64,000 nucleotides of DNA from Rotaria socialis. Lineage: Eukaryota. The DNA is taken from NCBI GenBank assembly GCA_905331295.1, contig CAJNYD010000256.1, positions 1 through 64,000 on the forward strand. Direction: 5' to 3'. The notes below the pieces were generated by a model. It was not told the origin of the DNA. It saw only the letters and a list, made by a program, of their open reading frames with translations, and did not search any database. Shown here piece by piece: positions 12,332-25,328 of this stretch. Positions within the stretch are counted from its first letter, which is position 1. Each line of letters starts with the position of its first letter. The translations under genes and the position numbers were made by a program.

Positions 12332-13396
12332 CTTCATCATGCACAAACAGATTGCTTAGAGTTCGGAAAATTTCTACAGCACTATCAGTAGTTTTCAATT
12401 AGATTCGACTGTAGTTTAGTTGATTTTTAGAAGAAGTTCAAAAATACAAAGCGAATACAATGAAAAAGATTACGAAATAAGTTTTGCTGCGCTGAGCACT
12501 GTTTTTATCTTTCACATCCTATTGAAATCATCTCTATAGTAACTATTAACGGTAAAACAAATTTGAACCTTTCTGCATCACTGCATGTTCAACTCTTCCT
12601 ATACAGTATACTTGTAATACAATACTGTAGAATCCACAAAGGTTCGAGTTTTCGTTTTCGTTTTTATCTTGGTGTCGGCGCCAATTTCATTCTTTGATCC
12701 ATTTATGCAATTAAACACACTCATAAATAGGCGCATAGAATTAGACAGACTTAACACACTAAGTTGAGGCCATCTATATGAGTAAATACATAGTGATACG
12801 GCAGCACGAAGTCATATCACAAAGCCTTCAGATACTTCTAAACCTCATACATGCAGTATTTTAACATTATCGCTCATTCTGACACAGCCTCCATACTGAT
12901 AAAATCGCATTGTTCCGATGCTCTCTTACTTGAATAATTACAAAAGTTGTGTTCCACTTACTTTTCAGTATGAATAATGATCGTTTCTTATAATTCCACT
13001 AGATCTTGATTACTCTCAGGAAATCATTCTTATTTACTTATGCACGATAGAGTAATCCAACAATTTCCTTACTAATTTTGAGCCCATTAAATCATTCAGT
13101 TATGAAGCCAGTTGCTTTTGCTACATGGTATGTACAACTAGCTTTGAAGTACTTATTAAAAAACAATTAATTTTAGTAGCTTATCATTTATTTTATTTAT
13201 TATGATCAAACGGCAGCTTTCTAGGCTTGCTTCTCTGAAAATAAGACTTGTTTAAGATGACAATGAACCTTCAATTTTGCTAAGAATATTTCTTTTCAAA
13301 AAGTCTATCTAGCTTGTCAACGTCTAGCCCATCATTTGCCTCTAATGTCTTTGTTGTCATTTTTAGCTGCTCCATAATGTAAGAAAACACCACAAT

Positions 13397-16300
13397 ATGA
13401 CTTTTACTTTACGACGTGAAGATCATCTACCAATGAAGGAGGACACTAACATTGGAAACAACCAAATCCACAATTATAATTTATCGCCGTTATCCTCTGG
13501 GATTTCATTGGAAAAGGGCAAAACATTCCATGAACAGGTATGCACAAATCTAAACATACTCATCGATGTATATGTCTCGTATTCAAAACAACTATCATAT
13601 TTCATGTGTACCCATATCAATTTTAGTATTTTAATAGCAGAAACGAGATTAAGCATAGAAGCAACACTATGAGTTTTCACTAAATTTTTCTCTCAACTTT
13701 TGTATTATAGCACATTACAGAAACATGGAACAATGAAACACATTTGGAAAAAACAATTCATTCGAATAATAATTACAGTAAACAACGGAAGTAAGTATGT
13801 TTTTCTGTTTTTTTTATTTTTATTAACTGACTTATATCAATTGATCTTTGACACGTATAATTTAATGCCTTTAGTTGTCGATGTACTTATAAATGTGTAT
13901 TCTGGTATGTATTTGGAACTCTTATTCTGGTGTTACTCAGTGCCACGATTATTATTCCCTTATTCATGGTTCCTTCAAAAACTACAACAACGACTGGACA
14001 AACAAGTAAGTACGCCAGCACCCAGGTCGAACATTCCGGCCACCAGATCCCGTAGGATACTCCAGTAAATATGCAGGAAAGTCGCCATATCCTGCAGGAA
14101 AATACGGGAAATCGCTGAAAACATGGAAGCAGTGTTCCGGTCAAAAATACGGCCAGACTTTTCCGGCGAATCCCTGCCAAGTTCCAGTGCTTTCCGGCAG
14201 GAATTGATCGGAAATCACCGGACAAAATCTGAAAAGTTTGCAACCGGAATACTGCTTCCACAAAATTAACGAAACTGCCCAGAACCGGCCGTTTCCAGGC
14301 CGGACTGTTCGACCTGGGCAATCCTTGTTTTCTGATATCGACACTTATCATTCACCACATCAGCGATGCATATCGCTGGATGTGAGAGTAACTAGACTCG
14401 CATATATTGATATATATATATATATATGTATTTGTTATTCTATAAAGTATTCGAGTATTTTATAAGAAAGCTATACAAAGAAGTAAGAATCTAGGCAATG
14501 CTAAAAACCATTTAGAATATACGAAAGTTATTAATGTCCACAGTAAAAAGTGTAACGCCATGCGTATGTCATGAATATTTTGCGCTACTTAAGTTATGAA
14601 ACATGGATATAGGATTTGGAACGAATTAAATCAAGTTTTTAACCAGACATGCATTAAAAGATTATTGTTTTTATCGATATTCAAACAAAATATTGAAAAT
14701 GGGGTTATTTAACACACATAAAAGAAATAATATTGCAAGTCTTTCTTCTAATTGCGTTTCAAATATTTTCCAAGTAAACGAAATTTTTCAGTCATTTGAA
14801 ATCTTCCCTCGTTATTACTATATGCTTAAAAGTTGATATAGCAATCAAGTTGAAAAAATCAGCTGAATTTTTCAAATAATCATAATATAAATCGTTTGAC
14901 GCTCTTGTTATTTTTCTCGTATTATACAAAAGAGTGAAAATGTAGATGAATTTTTTCAATTGATCGTTTCTGGTAAGTATTCTTATGAAATTTATCATTA
15001 CGCAAAATAATTAATATCAGCCTTGTGTTTACTTTAGGATATATTTTTATTAAATTTTATAGACGAAATCTTTAGATTTATGGCCTATCATAAGAGTGTG
15101 TTTGTTCATTCTCTGATATTAATATTTTAAAACACGTGAGATCAAAAATCAGTTCCCATAGAAAACTTTTCAAAAAACACGGCAAAATCTTTTTTAACCA
15201 ATAAAGGCTATTTGTTTTTGCAGCAACACTACCATCATACGTTTGGAATGCAACAGGTATAACTGTAATTGCCGTAGCAGCCAGCAGTCCAAATGCTCTA
15301 GTAGTAGATTCATCTAATGTAATCTACGTCGCTGAAGGGCTCAAGAATCGGGTTCGAAAATATGATATTGGATCGTCGAGCAGCAATATAACAGTTGCTG
15401 GCCAGGAAAATGGAGTGTCCGGGTCAAATTCCAGTTTTCTGAATGGTCCTGCTGACCTGGCTGTAGATTCAAGCAACAATGTCTACGTATTAGATCAATT
15501 GAATGATCGAGTTCAACTTTGGACAAGTGGAGCCTCAAGTGGAATAACAGTTGCTGGATTTGGTAAGAATATGAATTAGAGTTACATGTTGACTCGAGTG
15601 TGAAATGAATTGCTTGTGATGCATAATATGCCAACTCGTTATATCCATCCGATACAAAATTGTTAAAAATATTTTCTATTCCTGCGTTCTATTTTGAAAG
15701 AAAATTAAAATCAATGAAATTTGATCAAGACAATAATAGTCTCATTTCCAAGTAGACTGCATTGTAGAGAAAAATCATAGACATAGTAAGTCATATAAAA
15801 TATCATAGTAGTAATTTCTTTTGTTACATGAGTTATGTATGGTGATTATTGCTTAACGTTTTTATTAGGTGGCCATGGTAGTAATAGCAGTCAATTTGAA
15901 TATCCATATTTCATGACACGTGATTCGAATACAGGCACCCTTTACATATCGGACACCAATAATTGGCGAATTATGCAATACGCATCGGGTGCATCGACTG
16001 GTACCTTGGTTGCTGGTGGTAATGGATTAGGTACATCCACAAATCAATTGGCTACTCCAACTGGCATTTATTTTGATTCGTCATCTAGTAGTTTTGTGAT
16101 TGCGAACTATCTGGGCCACAATATTGTTCGTTGGGTATTAGGGGCTAGTAATTGGACACTTATAACTGGTAGTACGATTGGAATTTCTGGCAATTCATCG
16201 ACAATGCTATACAAGCCTATGGGTTTGACGGTTGATTATATAGGCAATATCTATGTAGCTGATACATTTAATCATCGTATTCAACTGTTTCTGGCAGGCC

Positions 16301-16455
16301 AATCAAATGGTACTACAATCGCTGGTATTACTGGTGTCTGTGGTACTGATGCAGATAAATTGTGCTTACCTCGAGCAGTTGCTCTTGATTCACAGCTCAA
16401 TATCTATGTAGCAGACACAGGAAATAACCGAATCCAAAAGTTTTCCCTCAATTAA
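13397..16455 (+). CDS. Type II single-pass membrane NHL-repeat (beta-propeller) protein; exons 13397-13537, 13711-13790, 13875-14005, 15224-15562, 15869-16455
   Basis: All four introns are GT-AG and keep frame. Exon 3 encodes a TM helix (VFWYVFGTLILVLLSATIIIPLFMV) and a Thr-rich stalk. Exons 4-5 encode NHL repeats (IYVAEGLKNRV, VYVLDQLNDRV, LYISDTNNWRI, IYVADTFNHRI, IYVADTGNNRI). Confidence 0.85.
14021..14318. mobile_element. CMC/EnSpm-like MITE, copy 1 (in intron 3 of the NHL gene)
   Basis: TIR CCCAGGTCGAACA / TGTTCGACCTGGG; 2-bp TSD CA; interior rich in CCGG/CCGGAA motifs. Confidence 0.85.
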
Positions 16456-17269
16456 AGAGCACATATTTATCGTTGGTGGGGACTAATATACAATTTGTAA
16501 AAGCGTCTTCGATTTGTTTTGTTTTGTCTTGTTTTCTTGTTGTGGAAGCGCGCTTCCACAACTTGCATAAGTGCCTTGAGGCAGCTTGTAACACAATACA
16601 TAAGGCTTTGAGTCTGAACGAACGCATTGATTTGTGAGTCACACTAAAATTAAAATAATTCATCGTCATATTTCATCGATAAAATTGAAAATCTCAATAT
16701 GCAGGCATTTTTTAATGGCTTCAAAACATCCATCAAAGCAATTGTATTTCAATTCAAATCGATGAACACGTTGCTTTATTTTGTTTTTACTTTTTGATAA
16801 CGCTATTTTTTTGTCAACTTGATCTGAATATAGCTTCAGTAATGCCTTAGGATTTTATACTTTGGAGATATGATTTTTTGATATATCATGACTTGTCGGA
16901 TAACAAGTAAGAACTATGCCACACATATACGCATTAGTCCTTAATATTATTAGTAAGATTATTTGTTTCCAGTCGCTGACATCAACTAGATAGGCAATAC
17001 AGTTTGTTTATTACATATGATCCTATATAATCGTAATAGGAGCATAAACGAGCATTTATATACCGTATTACACCCGGAACGGCTGCCTCTATACAAGATT
17101 GTGACCTTTTAGCACGACTAGTAGTTTTGGCTATATAACAAGTCATATTCTTGCTATAAAAAAAACATGCATACTACAGATCACACTAGTTCAGTCGTAT
17201 TTCATCATACTGTAAACGATTGGACACTGGACTGAGACAATGATGATGCAACAGTTGATGTAAGCGACG

Positions 17270-18340
17270 AATGTCAATAATTATAATTATTAAAGATGCT
17301 GTTGGTAGTAAAGTTAGTTGAATGTTCCTTTTCTTGAGTAGCAACTACTTTCAGTTTTTCGTTGACCTTTTGCTGTCATACGTTAGATTCAGTGGCTTGT
17401 GCCATTCGAACAATTTCTCTGGTTGAAAGATTTATGTCAAGATTAAGACGAGAGCGAATATCCGAACGGAGTTTCTGAATAAATTTGTGTTTTAGTCATT
17501 GATCATTAAAATTCGAACCAATTTCAATTATAAGATTCTTTAAACATTCAAAATAATCTAAAGTACTTTTATTATCATGTTGAAATAAAAGACCAAGTTC
17601 AGTTCGAAAATGTTGAATTTTTACAGGAGTACGATATCTTTCGTAAAATTATGTTTTAAATTCGGCCCAGCTGTGGACACGATCGGCAGATGTTTTTATC
17701 CTACCGAATAATATAAGAGCACCTCCAGAAAGAGTTTGTTGAACAAAATGTAGAAATAGAGTATCATTTTGTCCAACAAGTGCAGAAGCTCGTATTTCGA
17801 ATTCAGTTAAAAATTGAATATCTCCTTAACATGAATAGGACTATCACTCATCGGTCTTTGAATTGGTTGAAGTGCTGATGTTCGTTGGTAGCGCATTGGT
17901 GGCTGAGTTGCCAGGATATGTGATGACATTAACTGTAGTGATTGACTTTCATTTAGTATTAATCGATTGTTGTTAACTTGTGAGCGTGCTGGAGTAAATT
18001 CGACTGTATGTCGATCAATTTCTATTTCAGCTGGATAACTTTCAAACATATTAGTTGTTGAACATTCGAGTGAAGTTGGATAAATTGATTTCGGTTCGGA
18101 GTTGACATTAGTAATTGTGAGTGGAGCTCTTGAGCGCTCAATACACTTGAGGCGATCGGATAGTAAATGCATTTCTTGCCTGATGACGTCAAGTACATTA
18201 CGAAGAGCATTACTTGCCATTAGTCGATTGTCATAATCACTTTTTGATGAGTCAATAACAGCAGATAAGTATTTCATTAAAATTTCCCCATTTTTTTTGA
18301 GTATAAGAATTGAACGAATGGTGAAAAGTATCGATTAATG
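17270..18340 (-). pseudogene. Decayed Ty3/gypsy-like gag
   Basis: The 156-aa ORF (18277-17807) continues through stops and frameshifts into capsid-like motifs SWAEFKT*FYERYRTP, LFQHDNKSTLDYF and LKHKFIQKLRSDIRSRL...IVRMAQATES. No pol was recognised. Confidence 0.65.
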
Positions 18341-18742
18341 CTGCTGAACAAGCAGATGATTAAACAATGGTACTTACTTTATCGAAAGTTGCATGTTTCA
18401 TTGATGATATAGAAATATTTCTTAGTCATACTTGAATGGATGAAAAACTTGTCTATGTTTTCAAATGTAACTGGTATAAATGTGTAGACGAATTATTAGC
18501 AAGTTGACGAGAGATAGAACTCAAAATCTCGATCCTGGTGTGATCGTTACTTCTAACGTCCTCAGTTTAGTCAGCTGAGGCGTAACTATTTGAAAATACC
18601 GGGTTCCATAATAATTAGTTATGACAAGCAGTAAAATCGAGATAAATAAGACTTGAATGCAGATGAAGATCCAATAATTAACAAGTAAGGAGAAAGAGAG
18701 AACTTGATAGACAGGCAAATAGGATATATTGGAAGAGAAGAA

Positions 18743-18977
18743 CCCAAGTCGAACAGTCCGGCCTGTTCCGTTTAATTCCGGTGATTTTCGATCAATTCCT
18801 GCGGGAAAGCACCGGAATTTGGCAGGAATCCGCCGGAAAAGTTCGACCAAATTTTTGACCGGCATACTGCTTCCATGTTCCAGCGATTTCCCGTGTTTTC
18901 CTGCAGGATTTGGCTACTTTCCCACATATTTACTGGAGTATCCTACGGGATCTGGTGTCCGGAATGTTCCACCTGGG
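18743..18977. mobile_element. CMC/EnSpm-like MITE, copy 2 (opposite orientation, shorter)
   Basis: Reverse-complement homolog of 14021-14318. Termini CCCAAGTCGAACA / TGTTCCACCTGGG; 2-bp TSD AA. Confidence 0.85.
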
Positions 18978-20280
18978 AAGAGTTCAAGTGATTGTAAAGA
19001 ACAATTGAGTTGAAATAATGTATTATGTGTATTTGCGAAAAAAAAGACTTTTTTTTAAAGAAGAAGCAGTAGAAGTAACAAATAGCAAAACGAAGTAATT
19101 ATGTAAATGAAAAAAATTAAGCGTGTACAATAAAATATAAGAGAAGACAGAAAATAAACCAGATGGTATTCAAGTTTAACTCGAATACGAATGCGATGCG
19201 AAGCTCTAATCGGATCTTCACGAAAAATCTTCAATTCAGAGAAATCTTGAATACTTTTTATGTCGACATGATGAAATTCATCACTGAGAAAACTCTATTC
19301 TTACTTAGCGATACATTCTTAAGGGTCGATTTCGATTGATCGATTCATTATCTCCATGATTCATTATCTTAGATCAGCTGTAAATGAATAGACTATGGTG
19401 GCTAACATATGTTCATGACGTCACTTTAATTATCTCGCAACAAATTTCTTTCATTTCCGTCATTTTGGAACCACATTTGTGAGTGAACAGAATATCAGAT
19501 TAAAGAATAGAAAAAATATGTCAGAAGTTCGATCTCGGTACTTTCATCTCCCGTTTCAATGAGTTTTTTTATGATTTTTGGCACTCGAGATCATCGGGTC
19601 ACAAAATGACGAAAAAGATGCGTACGCCGAGAAAGTAAAAGCAAAAGAAAACACGCGACGGACTACATAAATACTATGCTTCGTATCGCATTAAAAATTT
19701 CTCAAAGGATCGCTGTACAGTGTTTCGCACAGTAATAAAGATATGTAATGTAGCATACAACAAGTATTAAGACTAGAACAGTGGTATTGCTGCCGTCATA
19801 TGGAGTTTCAGGCTGTGTACGATAATTTTCTAACTGAGTAACGACTCTTAAAGGGCAATACTTTATGATTGAGTCCTTTTGCTTTTAGTATGAAGTTGCT
19901 GTGTTACTGAAAGATTTGGAACTTTTCTGTTCGATACTGAATATTGTAATTTTCGAACAAATCGCATAATAGATTGTTACCGATATGAATGTGTGGAGAA
20001 AAAAACCAATACTAATAATCCAATAACCAACACTAGCACGTATTCAAATCTAAATCCAATACTGAGATTTCAAAAAATGTATTATACTCATGAGCTAGCT
20101 TTTCATAAAATACCCGATCCCTATGGAATTTTATAAGACTCATACTAGGCATATTTCTTTAAACTAGTTTAAAGTCTCGATAATATTGATACACAAATAT
20201 GAAGAAATTTTTCTATACTCTTGATGATGGTGTCAAAATAAGCTTTAATTTTAATTTTAGTATGGAAATTTGTCTTTTTA

Positions 20281-21228
20281 ACAGGTGGGCCATAAATAAT
20301 TAGACTGTTAGTATTTTTCGAATTTCTTTTCTTTCTCATACCCGATTGAGCTGATTCTACTCTCAAAAGATTTCACGTTCAATTCTCTACAAAATGATGT
20401 ATAGACGATAACACGAAATTTTGAGATATTGTTTCGGTTGAACAAAATACGAGCTGTCAAAAGAAAACTGAAAAATGTAATCGTTTTCTAGCAAAGTTTT
20501 GCAATTTTAAATCTATGTCAAAATTGTATACAAATCAGATCCCAAGTTATGTTTTTACACATTCAGATATTCTCTATCTGATGGGGACTAAATTCATTTT
20601 TTCTACTTGCGTTAACCTGATAGAAAATGGATAATTAGTTGCTTGCCGCCATAACATCAGCGAAATGTTATGTTAGTATTATGAAGTGATATCATCTCGA
20701 TTTTTTAACAAAACAATATTTTAAACTATTTAGATGTGCATTTAGTAGGGAAAAATATTCTTTTTCATATGACGCATGAACGAGTCTGATTGACTTAATC
20801 TTATTCAAAATATGATCAATCTGCGGATGGTCCTAATAAGTAAGTCAAAAAGGCTCAAAACCAGTGATGGGACTTTTACGGAAACCATAAATGAAAGGAT
20901 AAAATAAAGAGAAGAATTTCGCTTTGATGGCCAATCAAGAGAGAATTTCAAGGGTTACAATTTTACATATTTAGCTTTGACACGATTAAACAACTTGATT
21001 TATTATTAGCGAAATAGCAATTTTTAAGTTACATTTTTTCAGTTTTTTGGGACACCTCGTATTTTGTTCAACCGAAACAATATCTCAAAATTTCGTATTA
21101 TCGGGCTATACACCATTTGTAGAGAATTGAACGTGGAATCTTTTGAGAGTAGAATCAGCTCAATCGGGTATGAGAAAGAAAAGAAATTCGAAAAATACTA
21201 ACAGTCTAATTATTTATGACCCGCCTGT
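20281..21228. mobile_element. Non-autonomous DNA transposon with ~200-bp TIRs (Tc1/mariner-type)
   Basis: 20281-~20485 is a near-perfect inverse of ~21028-21228 (ACAGGTGGGCCATAAATAATTAGACTG... / ...CAGTCTAATTATTTATGACCCGCCTGT). TA flanks both ends; no internal transposase ORF. Confidence 0.9.
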
Positions 21229-22234
21229 TATATACGATATTCAGAGACCTTTTACTATTATCAGATCACTATGGATTACGAACCATACTCTAATTGGTTT
21301 CTTTTATCTGTGAAATTAACAATCGTTAAAAAAATAGCATCGTAGTCAAATATTCTAATGTTGGCCTAGCAGCATCATCAATAAATAACATTTAAAAAAA
21401 TTGTATTCTATATTGAAGTTTAATAATAATAAAAAAAACATTTGAATTCGACCTATGCTTTTAAGTCATACTAGATCAATTCTTTATAATGATGCTGTAC
21501 TACTATGATCTTATGAATATGGTGTATATTTGATACTGATCGAATCTTGGTTGAGAATTCTGAAATCTACTATGAAGAAGTCTTCAAATAATAATAGTAA
21601 GATTAAATCATAGTTTCGTCTTTTCTTTCTACTCAACTCTAATCCTTATCTGGAGTATGCAGAGTCTGCATTACAGACTCTCATATAAAACCGGTTGTAT
21701 CTTCATCTTACAATGTAACAGTTAGATGTTCTGTGAATCTTCAAAACAAAAAAATTATATTTTTTCTTAATTATGAAGACTAGCGCTGAAGAATAACCGG
21801 TATGACTATATTAACAATGCCACCCTGATTTGTATAAGATAAATGACAGAAAGAATAAATAATATTCTGTAAGACCTTGAGCATTACTAGTTTATTGTAC
21901 CATGACGCGTGATAAATGGATTCGTTACAGCAAGGTGAGAATCTCAAGGCTGACTGATAGAACTTATTAAAAGTATCCTTCAAATATTTTCTTTAATATT
22001 ATTCAATAGTAAAGAGCTTCGTTTTACTAATCAGCATGTTTACTTTATTTTACATAATTCTTCATCATTTTTCATCAACGTCAAATTGCTATGAAAGATC
22101 AAGGGAGAGAAAACTACAACCTTTGATTATTAGCAACTCAGAAAAAATAAATACAACAATAATATTTGGCATTATTTTGTTAAAATATAAAGAAAGGAAC
22201 AAAGTAGATAAGAAAAATAGATGCTCTCGTTTTT

Positions 22235-22546
22235 TTAAAGATTCTTCGGTCCTCGTTGAACTGTAACCGGTGTCATCGGAGCATCAAGTGTTGTTCGCTG
22301 TTCTCGATTATTATTAGCTCCATATTGCATATCTGCTAATGGACGTGCTCTTTGTTGTGGAGGATTTGCTTTTGGTGGTGCTCTAAAAATGACTAAATCT
22401 AAATTTTGTCCACTATGTATTGTTGATTGATTTAAAGCAAGACATCGTCCAATTAGACTAATAACCATGAATACGCCAACAAAAACAAATGCAATAATCG
22501 ATGCTGTTGGAATAAAATCATACCTTGGATCTGATGGTAGAGGCAT
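22235..22546 (-). CDS. Small single-pass membrane protein (103 aa), orphan
   Basis: Intronless ATG-to-stop ORF with one hydrophobic helix (IPTASIIAFVFVGVFMVISLIG) followed by R and a Pro/Gln-rich tail. Confidence 0.55.
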   Translation of the reverse strand: MPLPSDPRYDFIPTASIIAFVFVGVFMVISLIGRCLALNQSTIHSGQNLDLVIFRAPPKANPPQQRARPLADMQYGANNNREQRTTLDAPMTPVTVQRGPKNL

Positions 22547-23008
22547 ATTGATAATAGTAAAACAGCCTTCCTTTTTTTCCTTGAGATTTTATAATATACA
22601 TCTTGTTTCTACGTATGTCATGCGTGGTAAATAATATCTGGTTTTACTCAAGTGTCACGCATATGATAGATCATTCCAACATTAGAATGTTGGGTGAGAT
22701 TCTATTAGCAAAAAGAAAGAAAAAAACGCCTTTCTGTTTTCCTTTACTTATTATTAAAAAAAAAACACAAATATTGAGAAATATAAAAAGCAAAATACCA
22801 GGAACATCTTAAGATATCTAAACTAGATAATTATCTTATGATAATATATACAAACGATCTTCTAAATACTATTTATGAATAAAATCTGTATTATTCGTGC
22901 AAATTATTATCTGATTCGAGCGTTTTCTTCGACACATTCTGCTCATTTAGTTGCAAAAAATGGACTATAATCGATAATGTTTGAAACAAGATTGCAAACG
23001 TTCTTTTT

Positions 23009-23349
23009 GGGGATATAATTTATGGTCAGTAAAATAAATGAAACCGTTAGTAAGTTAAATAATTATAAAATCAGTAAAATTATTGATTGGTCAGTAAATT
23101 ACTTAAATGATCAGTTACAAATTAATGAGGTTTGTAAATATATTTTTGGCAGTCAATTTTTCTAAAGGGTCAGTATAAAAATTAAAACAGCAGTGGAGTG
23201 AATCAAATTTGCTCTGCCTTCTTTTTTCTCTCAGCTGTTCTACATACTATATTCACATTATTCTGTCCTTGTTCTTTCTTTAACCTTTATTTTGTGAATA
23301 AGAAGAATCCTTTTTTTAATTCTACTTCTTAGTCATTATCTAAAATAAA
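23009..23349. mobile_element. Left arm of a MULE/Foldback-like element running into the gap
   Basis: Starts GGGGATATAATTTATGGTCAGTA and continues as a periodic TCAGTA array, the same architecture as 59084-59629. Confidence 0.6.
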
Positions 23350-24319
23350 NNNNNNNNNNNNNNNNNNNNNNNNNNNNNNNNNNNNNNNNNNNNNNNNNNN
23401 NNNNNNNNNNNNNNNNNNNNNNNNNNNNNNNNNNNNNNNNNNNNNNNNNNNNNNNNNNNNNNNNNNNNNNNNNNNNNNNNNNNNNNNNNNNNNNNNNNNN
23501 NNNNNNNNNNNNNNNNNNNNNNNNNNNNNNNNNNNNNNNNNNNNNNNNNNNNNNNNNNNNNNNNNNNNNNNNNNNNNNNNNNNNNNNNNNNNNNNNNNNN
23601 NNNNNNNNNNNNNNNNNNNNNNNNNNNNNNNNNNNNNNNNNNNNNNNNNNNNNNNNNNNNNNNNNNNNNNNNNNNNNNNNNNNNNNNNNNNNNNNNNNNN
23701 NNNNNNNNNNNNNNNNNNNNNNNNNNNNNNNNNNNNNNNNNNNNNNNNNNNNNNNNNNNNNNNNNNNNNNNNNNNNNNNNNNNNNNNNNNNNNNNNNNNN
23801 NNNNNNNNNNNNNNNNNNNNNNNNNNNNNNNNNNNNNNNNNNNNNNNNNNNNNNNNNNNNNNNNNNNNNNNNNNNNNNNNNNNNNNNNNNNNNNNNNNNN
23901 NNNNNNNNNNNNNNNNNNNNNNNNNNNNNNNNNNNNNNNNNNNNNNNNNNNNNNNNNNNNNNNNNNNNNNNNNNNNNNNNNNNNNNNNNNNNNNNNNNNN
24001 NNNNNNNNNNNNNNNNNNNNNNNNNNNNNNNNNNNNNNNNNNNNNNNNNNNNNNNNNNNNNNNNNNNNNNNNNNNNNNNNNNNNNNNNNNNNNNNNNNNN
24101 NNNNNNNNNNNNNNNNNNNNNNNNNNNNNNNNNNNNNNNNNNNNNNNNNNNNNNNNNNNNNNNNNNNNNNNNNNNNNNNNNNNNNNNNNNNNNNNNNNNN
24201 NNNNNNNNNNNNNNNNNNNNNNNNNNNNNNNNNNNNNNNNNNNNNNNNNNNNNNNNNNNNNNNNNNNNNNNNNNNNNNNNNNNNNNNNNNNNNNNNNNNN
24301 NNNNNNNNNNNNNNNNNNN
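23350..24319. other. Assembly gap (970 N)
   Basis: Run of N; transposon sequence lies on both sides. Confidence 1.
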
Positions 24320-24770
24320 ATTTGAGAAACCCCCGAAACTGCTGGTCATCTGAAACATATCTAGGCAATTTGGTTTCTAGATGCAGTTTTATGTATTTTG
24401 AGACCTTTTTCAGTCAATGTTTCGTTAAAAAGCTACGATTTTTTCAAAACTAATATCAGATTCAAAATCAGCGTTAAAAACTGAGTCGATTTATATATGT
24501 TGTGGATAATTCTGAAGAAAAAAGTTTTTTTGAAAAATTCCTGTACTCCTCCTCAGGGATGGTCTTGTCAATAATGACAATTTTTTCGATAACTCAACCA
24601 TTTCTTGACGGATCTTTCTCATCTTCGAACTCGACTGAGACATTGATGAGGCTGAACTGTGTAGAAAATTTCATCATGATCTAACTCTCCTTTCGAAAGT
24701 TATCGTGTAAACGGACGGACGGTCACACTGACCGATTCTAGAGTGTACTCACTTTTTGAGTACACAAAAA
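24320..24770 (-). mobile_element. Second DINE-1/HINE-like copy, 3' end lost in the gap
   Basis: ~24480-24770 is the reverse complement of ~11122-11420, including the GTGTACTC...GAGTACAC inverted pair and the GGAC microsatellite. Confidence 0.78.
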
Positions 24771-25103
24771 TGATAGACATATTAGAAAGAAGTTCTTAGA
24801 TTCAAATATGATGTCTTCTAATTTCAGATAGATTATGTCCTATTATAATCTTATAATTTCACTCACTATGCAAACTCTGATGGTCTCAGTTGAACTTATT
24901 TTTAGCTTTATCATTACCACTGTAGATTTCTTGAATGAACGTGCGAATAATGTCGTTATTCATTATTAAAACTTACGTGGATGATTGATGGTGATTCACG
25001 TGATTGCCATATTAGGTTGAAAAACGTAAATCAAGGCGACAGATATTGGCACGACTCCGATCAAATATGAAGATGTAAATCAGCGTTTTTACGTCGTCTC
25101 AGA

Positions 25104-25328
25104 CAGACTTACTGATTTTTTTAAAGAGTGGGAGTGACTAAAAATTTGACACAAAGTACTCCGTCGTATCTTTCATGAGAATTTGAATGACAAAGATTAG
25201 ATTCACAAATTTTCTCAGTGATTTTATTAACAGAATGTGTTTTTGTTCAATTTAATGTCAGAAAATTGGTATTTAGTACTTGTGAAAGGGGTTAGCCACT
25301 CCCATCTCGTCCATAATCGGTAAGTCTG
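25104..25328. mobile_element. Degenerate MITE, probably hAT
   Basis: ~55-bp imperfect TIRs (CAGACTTAC..GATT...TGGGAGTG.CTAA...AAGTACT and its inverse). CAG/CTG termini; 8-bp flanks match 5/8. Confidence 0.6.

Noticed and set aside
14021..18977. Composite transposon carrying the NHL exons
   Set aside because: Each MITE has its own two TIRs and its own TSD, so they are independent insertions. The NHL gene also extends beyond copy 1.
13887..19013. ORFs 13887-14351, 14141-14344, 14238-14465, 18521-18865 and 18729-19013
   Set aside because: Chance open frames through the GC-rich MITE copies.
23336..24368. Two ~340-aa ORFs in the track
   Set aside because: Artefacts of the N gap.
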